From: an uncultured actinomycete
Lineage (GTDB): Bacteria > Actinomycetota > Acidimicrobiia > Spongiisociales > UBA5794
Assembly: GCA_942491345.1 (NCBI GenBank)
Contig: CALOAN010000021.1
Location: 261,355 to 325,354 of the forward strand
Direction: 5' to 3'
DNA: 64,000 bases
Shown in pieces: positions 63,946-64,000 of the stretch. A program made the translations under genes and the position numbers. The first letter of the stretch is position 1, and every line of letters starts with the position of its first letter. The notes beneath the pieces are model-generated. The model had not been told where the DNA came from. It worked only from the letters and a program-made list of their open reading frames with translations, and made no database searches.

Positions 63946-64000
63946 GGTAGGTTGCGTTGCCCCTGCTGCCACTGCGTTTCGGGGTATTTCGCGCACGGGA

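Overview
GC-rich, actinobacterial-type chromosomal segment with about 60 convincing protein genes. They are tightly packed and many are joined by 4-nt ATGA/GTGA stop-start overlaps. I saw no rRNA, tRNA, CRISPR array, transposase, integrase or phage genes. Gene order: thioredoxin-like/ECF sigma/ZAS anti-sigma operon; a sulfur block (radical-SAM anSME, mini K+ channel, SulP permease, cysK-cysE); a CCC/SLC12-like transporter; an amine/arginine-type block (degenerate MalK-like ATPase, ornithine carbamoyltransferase, CPGS-like P-loop protein, TetR, omega-aminotransferase, alanine dehydrogenase, APH-kinase::phospho-lyase fusion); galK-galE with a divergent GT-B-like protein; acyl-CoA dehydrogenase; TMEM175-type channel; SARP/NB-ARC regulator; TetR plus heterodimeric ABC exporter; aceE; metY-metX; photolyase; a sortase locus with an FtsX-type ABC system; and a light-related island (heliorhodopsin, CarH-like B12 photoreceptor-regulator, FAD-oxidoreductase/DUF1365/CFA-synthase-like operon, SRPBCC/SDR genes). 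Main second-look items: (1) a Met-codon-rich and a Cys-codon-rich leader peptide, each followed by an intrinsic terminator, directly upstream of metY-metX and cysK-cysE; these look like classical ribosome-mediated attenuators. (2) Two different photoreceptor genes 1.4 kb apart, together with a set of frame-disrupted light-regulon-type genes, one of which carries a compensated double frameshift. (3) Two families of structured intergenic repeats: a 60-nt tandem unit in front of the transporter and heliorhodopsin genes, and a mosaic palindromic family at seven or more loci that includes a 73-bp tandem array. All functional calls come from reading the translations by eye; no database search was run.
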